From the NCBI GenBank assembly GCA_963775895.1, contig CAVZKL010000010.1, positions 58,265 to 122,264 of the forward strand: 64,000 bases of DNA. Direction: 5' to 3'. Each line of letters begins with the position of its first letter. The first letter of the stretch is position 1. The notes under the pieces were generated by a model. It ran no database searches, was not told the origin of the DNA, and saw only the letters and a list, made by a program, of their open reading frames with translations. The position numbers and the translations under genes were made by a program. This document shows, in pieces, positions 31,834-42,491 of this stretch. Source of the stretch: Candidatus Bathyarchaeota archaeon (GTDB lineage Archaea > Thermoproteota > Bathyarchaeia > Bathyarchaeales > Bathycorpusculaceae).

Positions 31834-33114
31834 ATGGAGGAAGAACCTTTGAGAATTGGTTTCTTTGTGTGGGAATATCCACCACAACTCACAGGCGGAC
31901 TTGGAACTTACGCAGAATACATAACCCGCGAGTTTGTCGAGTTGGGGCACGATGTCACCGTTTTCACCCTCAATCCTGGGAATCTTAAAACAACGGAGAT
32001 GCTGAAGGGAGTGGAAGTTCATCGTCCGATGATTGCTGATGCGAGCAACGTCTTTCCAATGTTCGTTGCGGAAGATCTGGTAAAATGGGGAACAAACATT
32101 CGCTTTTTTAGTGATATCTTCATCTACAATGTCCTAAGCGCGACTAAATTCATCAATGGGCTAATCAGGAAAGAAGGTTATAAATTCAACGTGGTCTGTG
32201 TTCATGATTGGCTAAGCAGCATTGCAGGCATCATAGTTAAGAATGAAACAAGTATTCCAGTGGTCTTTCACGTTCACAGCACTGAATGGGGAAGAAGTGG
32301 AGGGCAGGGTTCCCAAGTAGTTTCACATCTTGAGCAGGCGACAGCGCAATTAGCGAACAAAGTGATCACTGTGAGTAATGCAATGAGGGATGACCTGACT
32401 CGCCATGGTTGGAATGAATCTAAGATCAACGTCGTCTGGAATGGCGTTGACCCAGAGCGTTACAACCCGAAAAACTGTAAACAAGAAGAAATCGATGAAA
32501 TAAGAAGAAAATATGAGATACCAAAAGATTGGAATTTGCTGCTGTTTGTTGGCAGACTAACGTGGGTCAAGAGCATCAGAAACTTAATACAAGCTCTTCC
32601 GATGGTTTTAAAGGAGTATCCGAAAACCAAGCTTGTAATTCTAGGTAAAGGGGAAGAACAACAGGACATATTGGAGATGGCAAGCAGACTCGCTGTCAAG
32701 GAGAACGTCATTTGTCGATTTGAGTTTATCCCTGAAGACGAAAGAATTCTGCATTATGCGAGCGCGGACGTCTGCATATTTCCATCAGTATACGAGCCGT
32801 TTGGAATAGTAAGCCTCGAAGCGATGGCCATGGAGAAACCAATAGTAGTCGGTGCTCACGGAGTGGTTGGGTTCCGAGAGCAAGTCGTATCTTCTGGTCC
32901 TGACCAAACAGGAATTCACGTCAACGGTGAAGACCCTGCTGACATAGCCTGGGGGATAGAAGAGGTGTTAAGAGACCCAAAGAGGGCCAAAGCTTGGGGC
33001 GAAAACGGTCGAAAAAGAGTTCTTGATCTTTTCACTTGGAGAAAAGCTGCAGAGCAAACAATTGACGTATACAAGTCACTTGTGAGCGATAAGAGCGAAA
33101 ACGATACTTTCTGA
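31834..33114 (+). CDS. GT4 glycosyltransferase (glycogen/alpha-glucan synthase-like)
   Basis: WEYPP..GGLG, HDW, HSTEWGR, PSVYEPFGIVSLEAM. Confidence 0.9.
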   Translation: MEEEPLRIGFFVWEYPPQLTGGLGTYAEYITREFVELGHDVTVFTLNPGNLKTTEMLKGVEVHRPMIADASNVFPMFVAEDLVKWGTNIRFFSDIFIYNVLSATKFINGLIRKEGYKFNVVCVHDWLSSIAGIIVKNETSIPVVFHVHSTEWGRSGGQGSQVVSHLEQATAQLANKVITVSNAMRDDLTRHGWNESKINVVWNGVDPERYNPKNCKQEEIDEIRRKYEIPKDWNLLLFVGRLTWVKSIRNLIQALPMVLKEYPKTKLVILGKGEEQQDILEMASRLAVKENVICRFEFIPEDERILHYASADVCIFPSVYEPFGIVSLEAMAMEKPIVVGAHGVVGFREQVVSSGPDQTGIHVNGEDPADIAWGIEEVLRDPKRAKAWGENGRKRVLDLFTWRKAAEQTIDVYKSLVSDKSENDTF

Positions 33115-33143
33115 CTGAAAACTCAAGAGAGGAAACATCTCAA

Positions 33144-33290
33144 TTGGAACGATCGTCATCCTACAGATCCGGTCTTACAACTGCTGAGGCAGAGAAGCGA
33201 CTTAAGGAATACGGACATAACGAGATTCCCGAAAAAGGAGTCAGCTCATTGCGAAAGTCTCTAGGCTACTTCTGGAGTCTATTCCCTGGA
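33144..33290 (+). pseudogene. 5' fragment of a P-type (plasma-membrane H+-type) ATPase
   Basis: GLTTAEAEKRLKEYGHNEIPEK (Cation_ATPase_N) then YFW..IPW, ending abruptly at GCGCGCGCTA. Confidence 0.75.
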
Positions 33291-33383
33291 GCGCGCGCTA
33301 CATGGTCGAAAGTTATAAATAATATACAGTCACAGAAAGGAAGTTTCAATCTTGGACTGAAAAGTTTCGGCAGATGAAAAGAA

Positions 33384-34634
33384 ATGTCGGTGAACTCCGG
33401 AGACACCGCGTGGATGATGGTTGCGACGGGGCTCGTCATGCTCATGACGCCCGCTCTAGGATTCTTCTATGGAGGACTCGTCAGAAGAAAAAACATTGCC
33501 AATACGATAGTGCAGTGTTTTGCCATTTTTGCCGTCGTAAGCTTGGTTTGGACTCTCTGGGGCTACAGCCTCGCATTCGGCACGTCAATTAACGGTTACA
33601 TCGGAAATCTGGACAAGGTGCTTTTGAACAATGTCGGTGTGATGACTCCGACAGCCGAAAAATTCGGAGCACCGGGAATCACAGAAATGCTCTACTACGC
33701 TTTTCAACTGATGTTCGCGGCCATCACGCCGGCCTTGATCGTGGGAGCATTCGCTGAAAGAATAAAGTTTCGTTCACTGCTCATCTTCACCGTACTTTGG
33801 TCAACCGTTGTCTATGCCCCGATCGCACATTGGGTATGGAACCCCAATGGCTGGATCCATACGCTTGGGGCCATCGACTTCGCAGGCGGCACGGTAGTGC
33901 ACGTGTCGGCTGGAGTTACTGCTTTGGCCGCAGCCATCGTTGTGGGACCGCGACTGAAACGCGAGAACATAGAAGGAAAGCCAAGCAACGTTCCGTTCGT
34001 AATTCTGGGCGCAGCTTTGTTGTGGTTTGGATGGTTCGGCTTCAATGCAGGCAGCGCCCTGTCCGCCAGTCCTCTTGCCGTAAGCGCCCTCGTGGTAACC
34101 AACCTGTCTGCAGCCGCTGCAGCGGTGAGCTACATGATTGTTGATACGCTCATGAAGGGCAAGCCTTCTGCAACGGGCGTCGCAATCGGCGCTGTCTGCG
34201 GACTCGTAGCAATAACCCCGGCTTCCGGCTTTGTCACTCCGGCTTCAGCTATCATCATAGGTTTGGTGGCAGGCGTGATATCTAATCTCGTCTCGACATG
34301 GCGGACTCGCACACGTTTGGACGACACATTAGATGTTTTCGCATGCCACGGAGTGAGCGGAATATGGGGTTCAATAGCTACAGGACTGTTCGCGACGACT
34401 GCGGTGAATTCGTTGGGCAAGAACGGATTGTTTTACGGAAATCCAAGCCAGTTCCTCGTTCAAATCGAAGCGGTCTTGGTCGTCATAGTATTTGCCTTCA
34501 CCGTATCTTTTGTTCTTCTCAAAATCGTCAACGTGTTCTCTAAGCTTAGAGTGACTTCGGAAGAAGAGGAACGGGGACTTGACCTAAGCCAGCACGGAGA
34601 GGAAGCATACGTTCCATCAGACACAGCTTCCTAA
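33384..34634 (+). CDS. amtB: Ammonium transporter
   Basis: GDTAW, FYGG, DFAGGTVVH, LWFGWFGFNAGS, DDTLDVFACHG, GLD..QHGE. Confidence 0.96.
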   Translation: MSVNSGDTAWMMVATGLVMLMTPALGFFYGGLVRRKNIANTIVQCFAIFAVVSLVWTLWGYSLAFGTSINGYIGNLDKVLLNNVGVMTPTAEKFGAPGITEMLYYAFQLMFAAITPALIVGAFAERIKFRSLLIFTVLWSTVVYAPIAHWVWNPNGWIHTLGAIDFAGGTVVHVSAGVTALAAAIVVGPRLKRENIEGKPSNVPFVILGAALLWFGWFGFNAGSALSASPLAVSALVVTNLSAAAAAVSYMIVDTLMKGKPSATGVAIGAVCGLVAITPASGFVTPASAIIIGLVAGVISNLVSTWRTRTRLDDTLDVFACHGVSGIWGSIATGLFATTAVNSLGKNGLFYGNPSQFLVQIEAVLVVIVFAFTVSFVLLKIVNVFSKLRVTSEEEERGLDLSQHGEEAYVPSDTAS

Positions 34635-34744
34635 ATACTCGCATACGTGATTGATCAGAAATCTTTGCGTTTCGCAATTTCATACAAAGAAAGAAAAGGC
34701 GAGAGACTCGCCACGTGGATACTTTGCTTCTTTAAGACTTCAGT

Positions 34745-35032
34745 TTAGTCTTTCTGCAGCGTTATTTCCATTGTAGAAACCATTCGTGCGCTGTTCTCCC
34801 CTTCCCTAGGGGGCATTTGCTCTGTGCCGATCGCGATCTTCGAGACTTTCAGGTCTTTGAGGAAGCGGCTTCTCGTTATTTCAGCAACGTCAACCGCTGT
34901 CGTAATAGCTTGTCCTCGTGCCTTCAACGTTATTTCTTTGGCATTACCCGCGGATAGGCTCGTTATGATCGCCAAGACGTAGCTCATTGCTGGTTTCCTT
35001 CCAATGAAAACAATCTTCGAATTCTCCGACAT
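34745..35032 (-). CDS. albA: Chromatin protein Alba
   Basis: FIGRKPAMSYV, KARGQAITTAVDVAE, VSTMEI. Confidence 0.93.
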   Translation of the reverse strand: MSENSKIVFIGRKPAMSYVLAIITSLSAGNAKEITLKARGQAITTAVDVAEITRSRFLKDLKVSKIAIGTEQMPPREGENSARMVSTMEITLQKD

Positions 35033-35289
35033 TTTTCTTCACTCCTTTTTTTGGTTGTTATGTGTGTAGCGTTGTGTCTCTGTCTACATGTTCTGAACAG
35101 AACGCTACCGCGCGATTATAATGCACAAGTCTCCTTTATAAATCCGCTGAAAACAATGTTCTATTTCATTCCTCTATGACAAGCTCCAACACGCTTTACC
35201 AACGCCTGTTTTAGTAGCGACCGTGCAAAAAGGCTATGTTCTTGAACGCGCCTGTTGCAGAATGCACGACTGAATGCTGGAGAAGCAAC

Positions 35290-35976
35290 TTGAACGTAAA
35301 GGGAATAATGATCGACTACGGCGACACCCTAGCGTACACCGACGAAGCAGCCAACAAAGTGCATGACAAAAAGGTGCTCTCAATCTTGAGAAAACACGGC
35401 TACGCGCTAGGTCCAGAACACGTGGACTCGACGTTTGCAGCACTCTACAGAAGTAGTTCAACAGGCGAAATGAAAGACCTTCGAGAATTCTACTCCATCT
35501 TTCTAAGAAAGCTCAACGTACCAGAAGAGAAAGCGCTGATAAATCAGCTCATCGAAGCACGAAACCGCCTCTACGTCCCCGCGGTCAAACTGTACGATGG
35601 AGCAATCCAGACTCTTTCAACTCTTCAGAAAAAGTACGCGCTGGCACTAGTGTCCAACTGCGCCGTAGGAACGATCGACATAATAAAGTCCCTAGGACTC
35701 ACAAAGTATTTTGACCAAATCGTTCTCTCCTACGAAATCGGAATCAGAAAACCCGACAAACGAATCTACCTCGAAACTCTTCGAAGAATCCAACTCCCGG
35801 CTGACGAATGCATGTTCGTTGCGGATGAAATCAGCGACTTGGAAGGAGCACGATCCGTTGGAATCATAACGATGCTGGTGCACCAAGGATCAAACACGCT
35901 CAGCGAAGCCCAGAACCCTGATTTCAAACCCGACTTTGAATGCGACCACATATCGCAGATCACCGAATATCTCTAG
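35290..35976 (+). CDS. HAD-superfamily hydrolase
   Basis: DYGDTL, VSN, KPD, ADEISD. Confidence 0.85.
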   Translation: MNVKGIMIDYGDTLAYTDEAANKVHDKKVLSILRKHGYALGPEHVDSTFAALYRSSSTGEMKDLREFYSIFLRKLNVPEEKALINQLIEARNRLYVPAVKLYDGAIQTLSTLQKKYALALVSNCAVGTIDIIKSLGLTKYFDQIVLSYEIGIRKPDKRIYLETLRRIQLPADECMFVADEISDLEGARSVGIITMLVHQGSNTLSEAQNPDFKPDFECDHISQITEYL

Positions 35977-36053
35977 ACAAGAACTAGTAGCGCGCGCAGA
36001 GAATTCAAGCACAGACACATCCCCAAAACAGAGACACCCAAAGGCCCGCAGAA

Positions 36054-36138
36054 CATATTTGGATCCTAATATTCATGATACATTGAAACCGAGGAGGGGA
36101 GGTACACAATAAGCTTTTTTTCAGCGAATAAACCTTCA
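36054..36138 (-). repeat. ~85-bp dispersed non-coding element, copy 1 (inverted)
   Basis: Reverse complement matches copies 2 and 3 except in the C/T tract. Confidence 0.95.
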
Positions 36139-36206
36139 GCGCACCCAACCCACAATAAACCCATGACCTCCTAGCTCGCGCGCGCGGTTCAACGCCGTCC
36201 AGCGTT

Positions 36207-37124
36207 CTACGGAACGGCTAGGTCTTTTCTTCCCACCCTCGCCAACCCGTTTGAACGTCTTTGAACGATGAACGGGATAACCGCCTCAACAAACAAGAAA
36301 GCAAGCGTGCCATAAACAACCCCGCCGATAACGTCCACGACATAATGCTCCCCGAGATACACCGTGCTAAACCACACGCCGAACGGAAGAACAAGCACGG
36401 GCAACGCCTTCACTCTCACTATCTTGAACGCGTACAACGAGATCAACCACGGATACATCGCATGAAGACTCGGAAACGCAGCGAAAGGATTAGACTGAAC
36501 AAAATCGAAGATCGTGCGATAAAAAGGCACACCCAAGTGCTGATCCAACTGAAACAAGACACGAGTAGCCTTAACCCCAAACCACGGAGGCGCCACCGGA
36601 TAGAAAAGGAAAGTGATCAAAGCCGCATACGTCCCGACGACAAGAGTCAGAGTGTACCCCCCATAGTTCTTGGGATAAAACTTCCACAAAACGAACGCAA
36701 AAGTCACCGGAAGTACAAAATGCAAAGAATAAAAAAAAGCTCCCATATAATCCAGGAAAGGACTTCTAAAATACTGCTGCAGCACGAGAGTCGGAATCGA
36801 ACCGAACAATCGCAAATCAGCATTTATAGGCCAAGTAACATGCACAGCTCCCGAAAGACTGGGAATCAACCCGTAAAAAGCTTCATAACCCAACAGAAGC
36901 GCCACAAAAGGAAACCAATCCTTCACAAAACGGCGACTCCTCCTATCGTACGCAGCGTACATGAAAAAACACAACACAATGATCTCAGGCCCAGGAATCA
37001 CCCCATAGGCCAGACAAAAAACCAGCAAAATCGCCACAAAAACAGCCGGAACCCCAACAGTCAAGATGCGTGAAAAACGCTCCTCAGATCCCCCGCCAGA
37101 TTCTGATACGGTTTCTTTGTTCAT
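36207..37124 (-). CDS. PAP2/IPC-synthase-like membrane phosphatase or phosphotransferase
   Basis: YPVAPPW, AAFPSLH, EHYVVDVIGG; multiple TMs. Confidence 0.88.
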   Translation of the reverse strand: MNKETVSESGGGSEERFSRILTVGVPAVFVAILLVFCLAYGVIPGPEIIVLCFFMYAAYDRRSRRFVKDWFPFVALLLGYEAFYGLIPSLSGAVHVTWPINADLRLFGSIPTLVLQQYFRSPFLDYMGAFFYSLHFVLPVTFAFVLWKFYPKNYGGYTLTLVVGTYAALITFLFYPVAPPWFGVKATRVLFQLDQHLGVPFYRTIFDFVQSNPFAAFPSLHAMYPWLISLYAFKIVRVKALPVLVLPFGVWFSTVYLGEHYVVDVIGGVVYGTLAFLFVEAVIPFIVQRRSNGLARVGRKDLAVP

Positions 37125-37423
37125 GGAGTTTTCACGCTCGCTTTTCGGGGATGCCAGCCACCTCGTTAGGCAACTTTTCGGACAAACGCAACTTTGACCC
37201 AAACCAGTTCACGTTCAACAACCATCGTCTATTAAACAGTTTCTCAGAATCAGACCAAACTCCACGTCACGAACGTGCGCGCAGGGATTCAAAGACTATC
37301 AAGAAAACAACACCCTGAAACAACCAGATTCCTCTCGACAAACTCCATGAAAGTCAAACCTCACCATCCCAACGCACATCAACCAAAAGTTTATACCAAC
37401 TATGAACTCTTGCTCTAGACGAA

Positions 37424-38320
37424 ATGACAGTCCAGATTTCACCATTCAATCAAGAACACGCGTCCTCCATCGCTACCCTCCTGAATGAAGAGTACAAGAA
37501 TACGTACGAATTCATCCCCTTCGACGAAAAGACGGTCCTATCCCACATCAAGAAACACGGTCTCAAAATTCTCGTGGCGGAAGAAAGAGGCAAACTGAGG
37601 GGTCTAATCGCAACTCACCCCGAGGAACACTCGGAAGAGAGCATACACTGGCTTGCTGCTCAGAAAGGAAATGACCACGCAAGCATCGAGAACATGCTGA
37701 TCAGAGAAGTTGAGGAAAACGCCAAAGGAGACACTGTTTCAACGATGGTTGACGAAGGAAGCCCAAGAATCAACGACTGGATTGACCGCGGCTACGTTCT
37801 CCAGCCAGGGTTTCAACGCATGTCTGCAAAACTGAACAACCTGAAACCTGTTCCGGAGGTAGCCGAAAACATCACGTTACGAAGTCTAAATGCGAGCGAA
37901 GAAGAAAAACTAGTCGCAGTGATCAACGCAGGGTTCGGATGGCCAAGGCTGGAGCCCGGAGCCCTTCAAGCTTGGAAAACTGAAGATCCACCGTTCAGTG
38001 AAGAGTGGGTCCAAGTCGCAGAGGTCAACGCGAGATTCGTATCAGCAGTCGTGGCCAGGCCGGACACTGATTACGCAAGGTATTTCGGACTGAAAAGAGG
38101 CTATCTTGGTCCAGCCGCCACTCTTCCAGATTTTCGGAACAAGCACCTTGCATCAGCACTCACAGCTCAGGCAATGAACTTTCTATTCCGAAAAGGAATG
38201 GAATCCGTAAGGCTCGGAACTTCTGAGCAGAACGCCTCTTCAATTGCTTTGCTCACGAGTCTCGGCTTTCAAGTGGACAACGTCAGAAAGATCCTCCGCA
38301 AGAAGCTAAGAAACACTTGA
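37424..38320 (+). CDS. Tandem GNAT acetyltransferase
   Basis: PDFRNKHLASAL, N.SSIAL..SLGF. Confidence 0.8.
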   Translation: MTVQISPFNQEHASSIATLLNEEYKNTYEFIPFDEKTVLSHIKKHGLKILVAEERGKLRGLIATHPEEHSEESIHWLAAQKGNDHASIENMLIREVEENAKGDTVSTMVDEGSPRINDWIDRGYVLQPGFQRMSAKLNNLKPVPEVAENITLRSLNASEEEKLVAVINAGFGWPRLEPGALQAWKTEDPPFSEEWVQVAEVNARFVSAVVARPDTDYARYFGLKRGYLGPAATLPDFRNKHLASALTAQAMNFLFRKGMESVRLGTSEQNASSIALLTSLGFQVDNVRKILRKKLRNT

Positions 38321-38491
38321 TTTTAAAGCAAGCCACTCGGAGGCAATTGACAAAAGGATACGAAAGTTAGAAGCCAAAATTCCATCTCACTCGCACACCA
38401 ATTGATTCAGACACAGCTGCACTAATTGTCGCTCAAAGCAACAAGCATATGAATTGAAGTACGAAACTTCTAGTGTCGTGATACGAAATGG

Positions 38492-39688
38492 GTGCAGCGA
38501 GACCACGTTAAGCTGCTGATTGGACTTTCTCTCATAATTATCATTGTCTCGGCCGTGGCTGCGTGGCATTTCTTACTCACTTCCTCTAACAGACCGTTTC
38601 TCTGGAAACAGGAGAGTGTTTTCGGCTTTGACAATTTCGGAACATCAACCTACAAAGACAACGTGCTCTACGCCCCTTCAAAAGGCAACAACAAAGTCTA
38701 CGCCATAAACGCTTCAAACGGCGGTGTCATCTGGAGTCAAGAAGTGAGACAGTGCGACGGATCCCCGTACATCGACACAGACGTGATATACGTCGGTGAA
38801 TGCTCGGGTCCCAACGGCGAACCAACGCCCGCCCCCGAGGCAATGGCTCTCAAAAAAGACTCGGGCGAAGTAGAATGGTCCTTTGTCGAACCAAGCGACA
38901 CGCCATGGGTCGGTTCACCAGTGGTCAACGGTGAACTCGTTTATTACACCAGCCTAGGCACTGGAATCTACGCTCTGAACAAGACCAACGGAAATCCAGT
39001 GTGGCATCAGAATGTAGGAAAAGTGGTGTGTTCAGCAGCTTACGACAACGGATTGGTCTTTGTTTCAGCCAACGACCCTCCGGGGCAATACGCGTTCAGC
39101 GCTATGAATGGAGAAATCGTTTGGAATGAAAGCTATGGCTCTTCATGGGACTCTTCGCCTGTGGTCTATGAAGGAACGGTAGTTCAAGTTGCAGGAAACG
39201 TGACAAGAAAACAATATTCAACCTTCGTCTTAAACGAGACAACTGGACAACTAATCAGAAGATTCGAGGGAAGAGGTGGACAAAGCACCCCTCTGGTCCA
39301 TGGCGGCGAGATATTCATTCCAAGCCAAAACTGCGCAATATGGACTTACGACCTTACAACTGGAACAGAACTGTGGCACACCACAAACCTTACAACCAGC
39401 ACACCTAACCTTCTCCGTCCAGACCTGAGCTATTGTAGCCCATTGATTGCAAATGGTACAATCTACTATCAGTCGCTGAGTGGAACGTTCTACGCAATTG
39501 ATGAGAAAACCGGAAACACAATCTGGTCCCGAGAACTCGGAAGCGACGGGTTTGGTAGCCCCAGCGTCGGGGATGGCAAGGTTTTTATCACTAATGATTC
39601 TGCACTGTACGCCTTTGAAATAGCCACCATCAGCAGTGAATGGACAATGTTCTGCAAAAACAGTTTTCACCAGAGCTTTGCTGGATGA
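38492..39688 (+). CDS. Membrane-anchored PQQ-like (BamB-type) beta-propeller protein
   Basis: N-terminal TM; repeated YALN..NG..VW / SP(V/L) motifs. Confidence 0.85.
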   Translation: MQRDHVKLLIGLSLIIIIVSAVAAWHFLLTSSNRPFLWKQESVFGFDNFGTSTYKDNVLYAPSKGNNKVYAINASNGGVIWSQEVRQCDGSPYIDTDVIYVGECSGPNGEPTPAPEAMALKKDSGEVEWSFVEPSDTPWVGSPVVNGELVYYTSLGTGIYALNKTNGNPVWHQNVGKVVCSAAYDNGLVFVSANDPPGQYAFSAMNGEIVWNESYGSSWDSSPVVYEGTVVQVAGNVTRKQYSTFVLNETTGQLIRRFEGRGGQSTPLVHGGEIFIPSQNCAIWTYDLTTGTELWHTTNLTTSTPNLLRPDLSYCSPLIANGTIYYQSLSGTFYAIDEKTGNTIWSRELGSDGFGSPSVGDGKVFITNDSALYAFEIATISSEWTMFCKNSFHQSFAG

Positions 39689-39866
39689 GGCACTTAACGC
39701 GCGTTTGACAGCGCAGACCGGACCCGATCTTTGCTTTGACAGCGTTCATTCTTGCCATACTTGCCAGAGTCGCGATGACAAATAAGATGTCGTTGATACC
39801 GAAAAGCACTGCTTTCACGCCCTTACAGGCTTTCAAGCAGACCACTCCGGCGCGCGCAAGATGCTT

Positions 39867-40844
39867 TCATGAAAGATACTTCAAGGCCGCTGCGACAGCG
39901 CCGTAAAGGACGACATCTTCGCCCAAAGGCGTGACCATTATTTTGGGAATTCTGTTTATGGCATAGTCCTTGACATGTTTTTTGATGGGAGATAGAACCG
40001 CGTCCTTGTTCTTCAAAGTCACGGTTCCCCCAACTGTGATTAGGGATGGATCGTACGCGTTGATGGCTGTTGCGAACCCCATAGCGTTGAGCAATCCTAT
40101 TTCACTGACCAGTTTACGAGACAGCGTGTCTCCTCCCTTGGCTGCCTCAAAGAGATTCGCTGCAGTCAGGTCTGACAGGTCAAGTCCACGTTTCCTTGTC
40201 AACGCACTTTCTCTTGCGGTTCTATCGGGCAGTTCTTTCACTCTCATTCGAACGTAATTTGGGATGTTTCGCCCGGAGCAGTAGCCTTCCCAGTGGCCTC
40301 GCCGTCCGCAACCGCAGGTCAATCTGCCTTCACAATCGATCACAAAATGTCCGACTTCATGGCCATTGCCATCTTTTCCCAGGAGAAGGGTCCCATTTTC
40401 GATGATTCCGCCGCCTATGCCAGTACTGATTGTTATGTAAACAAAGTTGTCGTGCCCTTTCGCAGCTCCAAACTTGTGTTCGCCCAATGCTGCGCCTGCG
40501 CAGTCGTTGATCAGGCATGAAGGCACACCCAGCTCCTCCGTAATTGGTCTGGTCAGGAGTACACGTTGGAAGGGCAGGTTCGGGGGATGAATGAGTACTC
40601 CGTCTTCCTGAACGAGTGGACCTGCTGACGCTATGCCCACACCCGCCATCGTTTTCGCATCAAAGCCATGCTTGCTGCACAAGAAGCGTATGAGCCGAAC
40701 CATCTGTTTGCTAATGGCTTCTGAACTCGTGATGTCAACTCTCTCTTGCGCCCTCGCTACGAAGTTACCCGCTTCATCTGCAAGGACCACTCTTACCCAC
40801 GTGCCTCCGAGATCTACTCCTACCCAGCGTCTAGTTCCAATCAC
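39867..40844 (-). CDS. ROK-family sugar kinase (glucokinase-like)
   Basis: GVDLGGT, ND...ALGE, STGIGGG, EVGH, CGCG..GHWE. Confidence 0.9.
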   Translation of the reverse strand: MIGTRRWVGVDLGGTWVRVVLADEAGNFVARAQERVDITSSEAISKQMVRLIRFLCSKHGFDAKTMAGVGIASAGPLVQEDGVLIHPPNLPFQRVLLTRPITEELGVPSCLINDCAGAALGEHKFGAAKGHDNFVYITISTGIGGGIIENGTLLLGKDGNGHEVGHFVIDCEGRLTCGCGRRGHWEGYCSGRNIPNYVRMRVKELPDRTARESALTRKRGLDLSDLTAANLFEAAKGGDTLSRKLVSEIGLLNAMGFATAINAYDPSLITVGGTVTLKNKDAVLSPIKKHVKDYAINRIPKIMVTPLGEDVVLYGAVAAALKYLS

Positions 40845-40874
40845 TTTTCATCACTCCATGCGATGATTTGATCA

Positions 40875-41530
40875 TCATCCGCAACACACTTGGTAGTTCT
40901 TTATGAAACGGCTAAAGGTCTTAACTTTTCTTGTGCTTCGCATGGAAAAAGCAGAATAGGTTATAGCGTCCTTCGAAAATACTGATTGATGACGTGTCGG
41001 AGTGACTAAGCGATTCCTCGTTCTTTTCTTGCCGCTTGTGCACACTCGACGTTTACGGCTTTGGCCAAGCCGCCTGAACTCTTCGTCGGTCATCCATTCA
41101 GTCTTGAGATAGTTGCAGATTCTCTTCTCACCCAGACCGAGACGTCTTGCTTCTTCGACGGCAGCCCTATACGCTTCGACTTCTGTTGGTCTCTCAACGT
41201 ATTCGAAATTGTGATCAAAGAGTTGCTTGCCTTCCATAAACTGTCTAACGTGGACGAGTTCGTGGACAATGTCAAGGTAAATGTCTGTTCTGTTGCCCTT
41301 GCTCAGATAGTCTGCGCTGATTATCATGTGACCGTCGACTTCGCTCACTCCCATGTAGCCTCTTCGTCCAACAAACTCCACTCTCAGTTTCGCCAGCACC
41401 GTATCGGTGTTGTCTCCGAAAATCTTTCTTACGGCCCCGATTCTCTCGAAACCCTTGAAATAATCCGTAAAAGGATAGGTTGCTACTGGAGCTTTGCGGG
41501 TTATGTAGACGTTTAGTCGTGGAGTTATGG
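40875..41530 (-). CDS. Hypothetical protein with zincin-like HEXXH; ends uncertain
   Basis: VHELVHVRQF...EVEAY; frame stays open ~130 nt upstream of the called start. Confidence 0.65.
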
Positions 41531-41659
41531 CGTTTGATCCTCCTTGCCTTTTTGCGTCAACAGAGAGAGTAGACTAGTAAAGTTTATCCTTTCGTATAAG
41601 TCTTCAGAATCGACTGTCAACGTTCAAGGAAGGTTAAGGTTATCGCGTTTCACGTAAAA

Positions 41660-42484
41660 GTGATGTCAAAGAGGGACTTCCCCTTCGCGGTTGCAGCAAC
41701 TGACAAAATGGGCTGGGGTTTGTCAGAACAGGATTTCGAATTCTCTTTGGAGCTTGAGCCGGAAGGATGTTTCGTGCTTCTTGACGATTCTGAAAGAATA
41801 GGTTTAGCCACCACCGTCAGCTTCGGCACAGTGGCGTGGTTCGGAAACCTTGTTGTCAGTGAAGACAGGAGAAACAGGGGCGCAGGATCAACCCTCGTAA
41901 ACCATGCACTGAAGTACTTGAGAAGCAGAGGCGTGAAAACTGTGGGATTGTACGCCTACAAGGAAAGAATCCATTTTTATGGAAGACTCGGGTTTCAGTC
42001 TGATTCCGAGTTTTTAGTTCTGAAAGGAACAGGTTTCGCTTCCAAACCAAAAGCGATCGCCAGAAGAGTCTTTGAAGAAGACCTCGATAAGATAATGGAT
42101 TTTGACTGCTCCTGCTTGGGTGCTTCAAGGAGAAAAATGCTTGCCCCGATAATCTCGGACTCGGACAACCTGTGTTACGCAGCGTATGAAGAGGGCAGAG
42201 TCTCTGGCTACGCAGTGGCCAAGGTGTTCGATGGAATGGTGGAGCTGGGACCGCTGTTGTGTGTGAAGGGGAAAGAAAAACTCGCGGTTGAGCTTCTGAA
42301 AACGATGCTGAATGAACTCTGCGGTAGTGAAATCTCCCTGTTTGCCCCCGTGGAGGAAACCTCTATTATCTCAATGCTTAAGAAAGGGGGTTTTCGAGAA
42401 AGCTTCAGGGTTCAAAGGATGTTCTTTGGACCGCCCGTCGTGAGTGATTGCGTCTACTTGGCCGAATCTTTGGAGAGAGGTTGA
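41660..42484 (+). CDS. GNAT acetyltransferase (YitH-like)
   Basis: RNRGAGSTL, FYGRLGF, LGPL. Confidence 0.82.
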   Translation: MMSKRDFPFAVAATDKMGWGLSEQDFEFSLELEPEGCFVLLDDSERIGLATTVSFGTVAWFGNLVVSEDRRNRGAGSTLVNHALKYLRSRGVKTVGLYAYKERIHFYGRLGFQSDSEFLVLKGTGFASKPKAIARRVFEEDLDKIMDFDCSCLGASRRKMLAPIISDSDNLCYAAYEEGRVSGYAVAKVFDGMVELGPLLCVKGKEKLAVELLKTMLNELCGSEISLFAPVEETSIISMLKKGGFRESFRVQRMFFGPPVVSDCVYLAESLERG

Positions 42485-42491
42485 TGATGAG

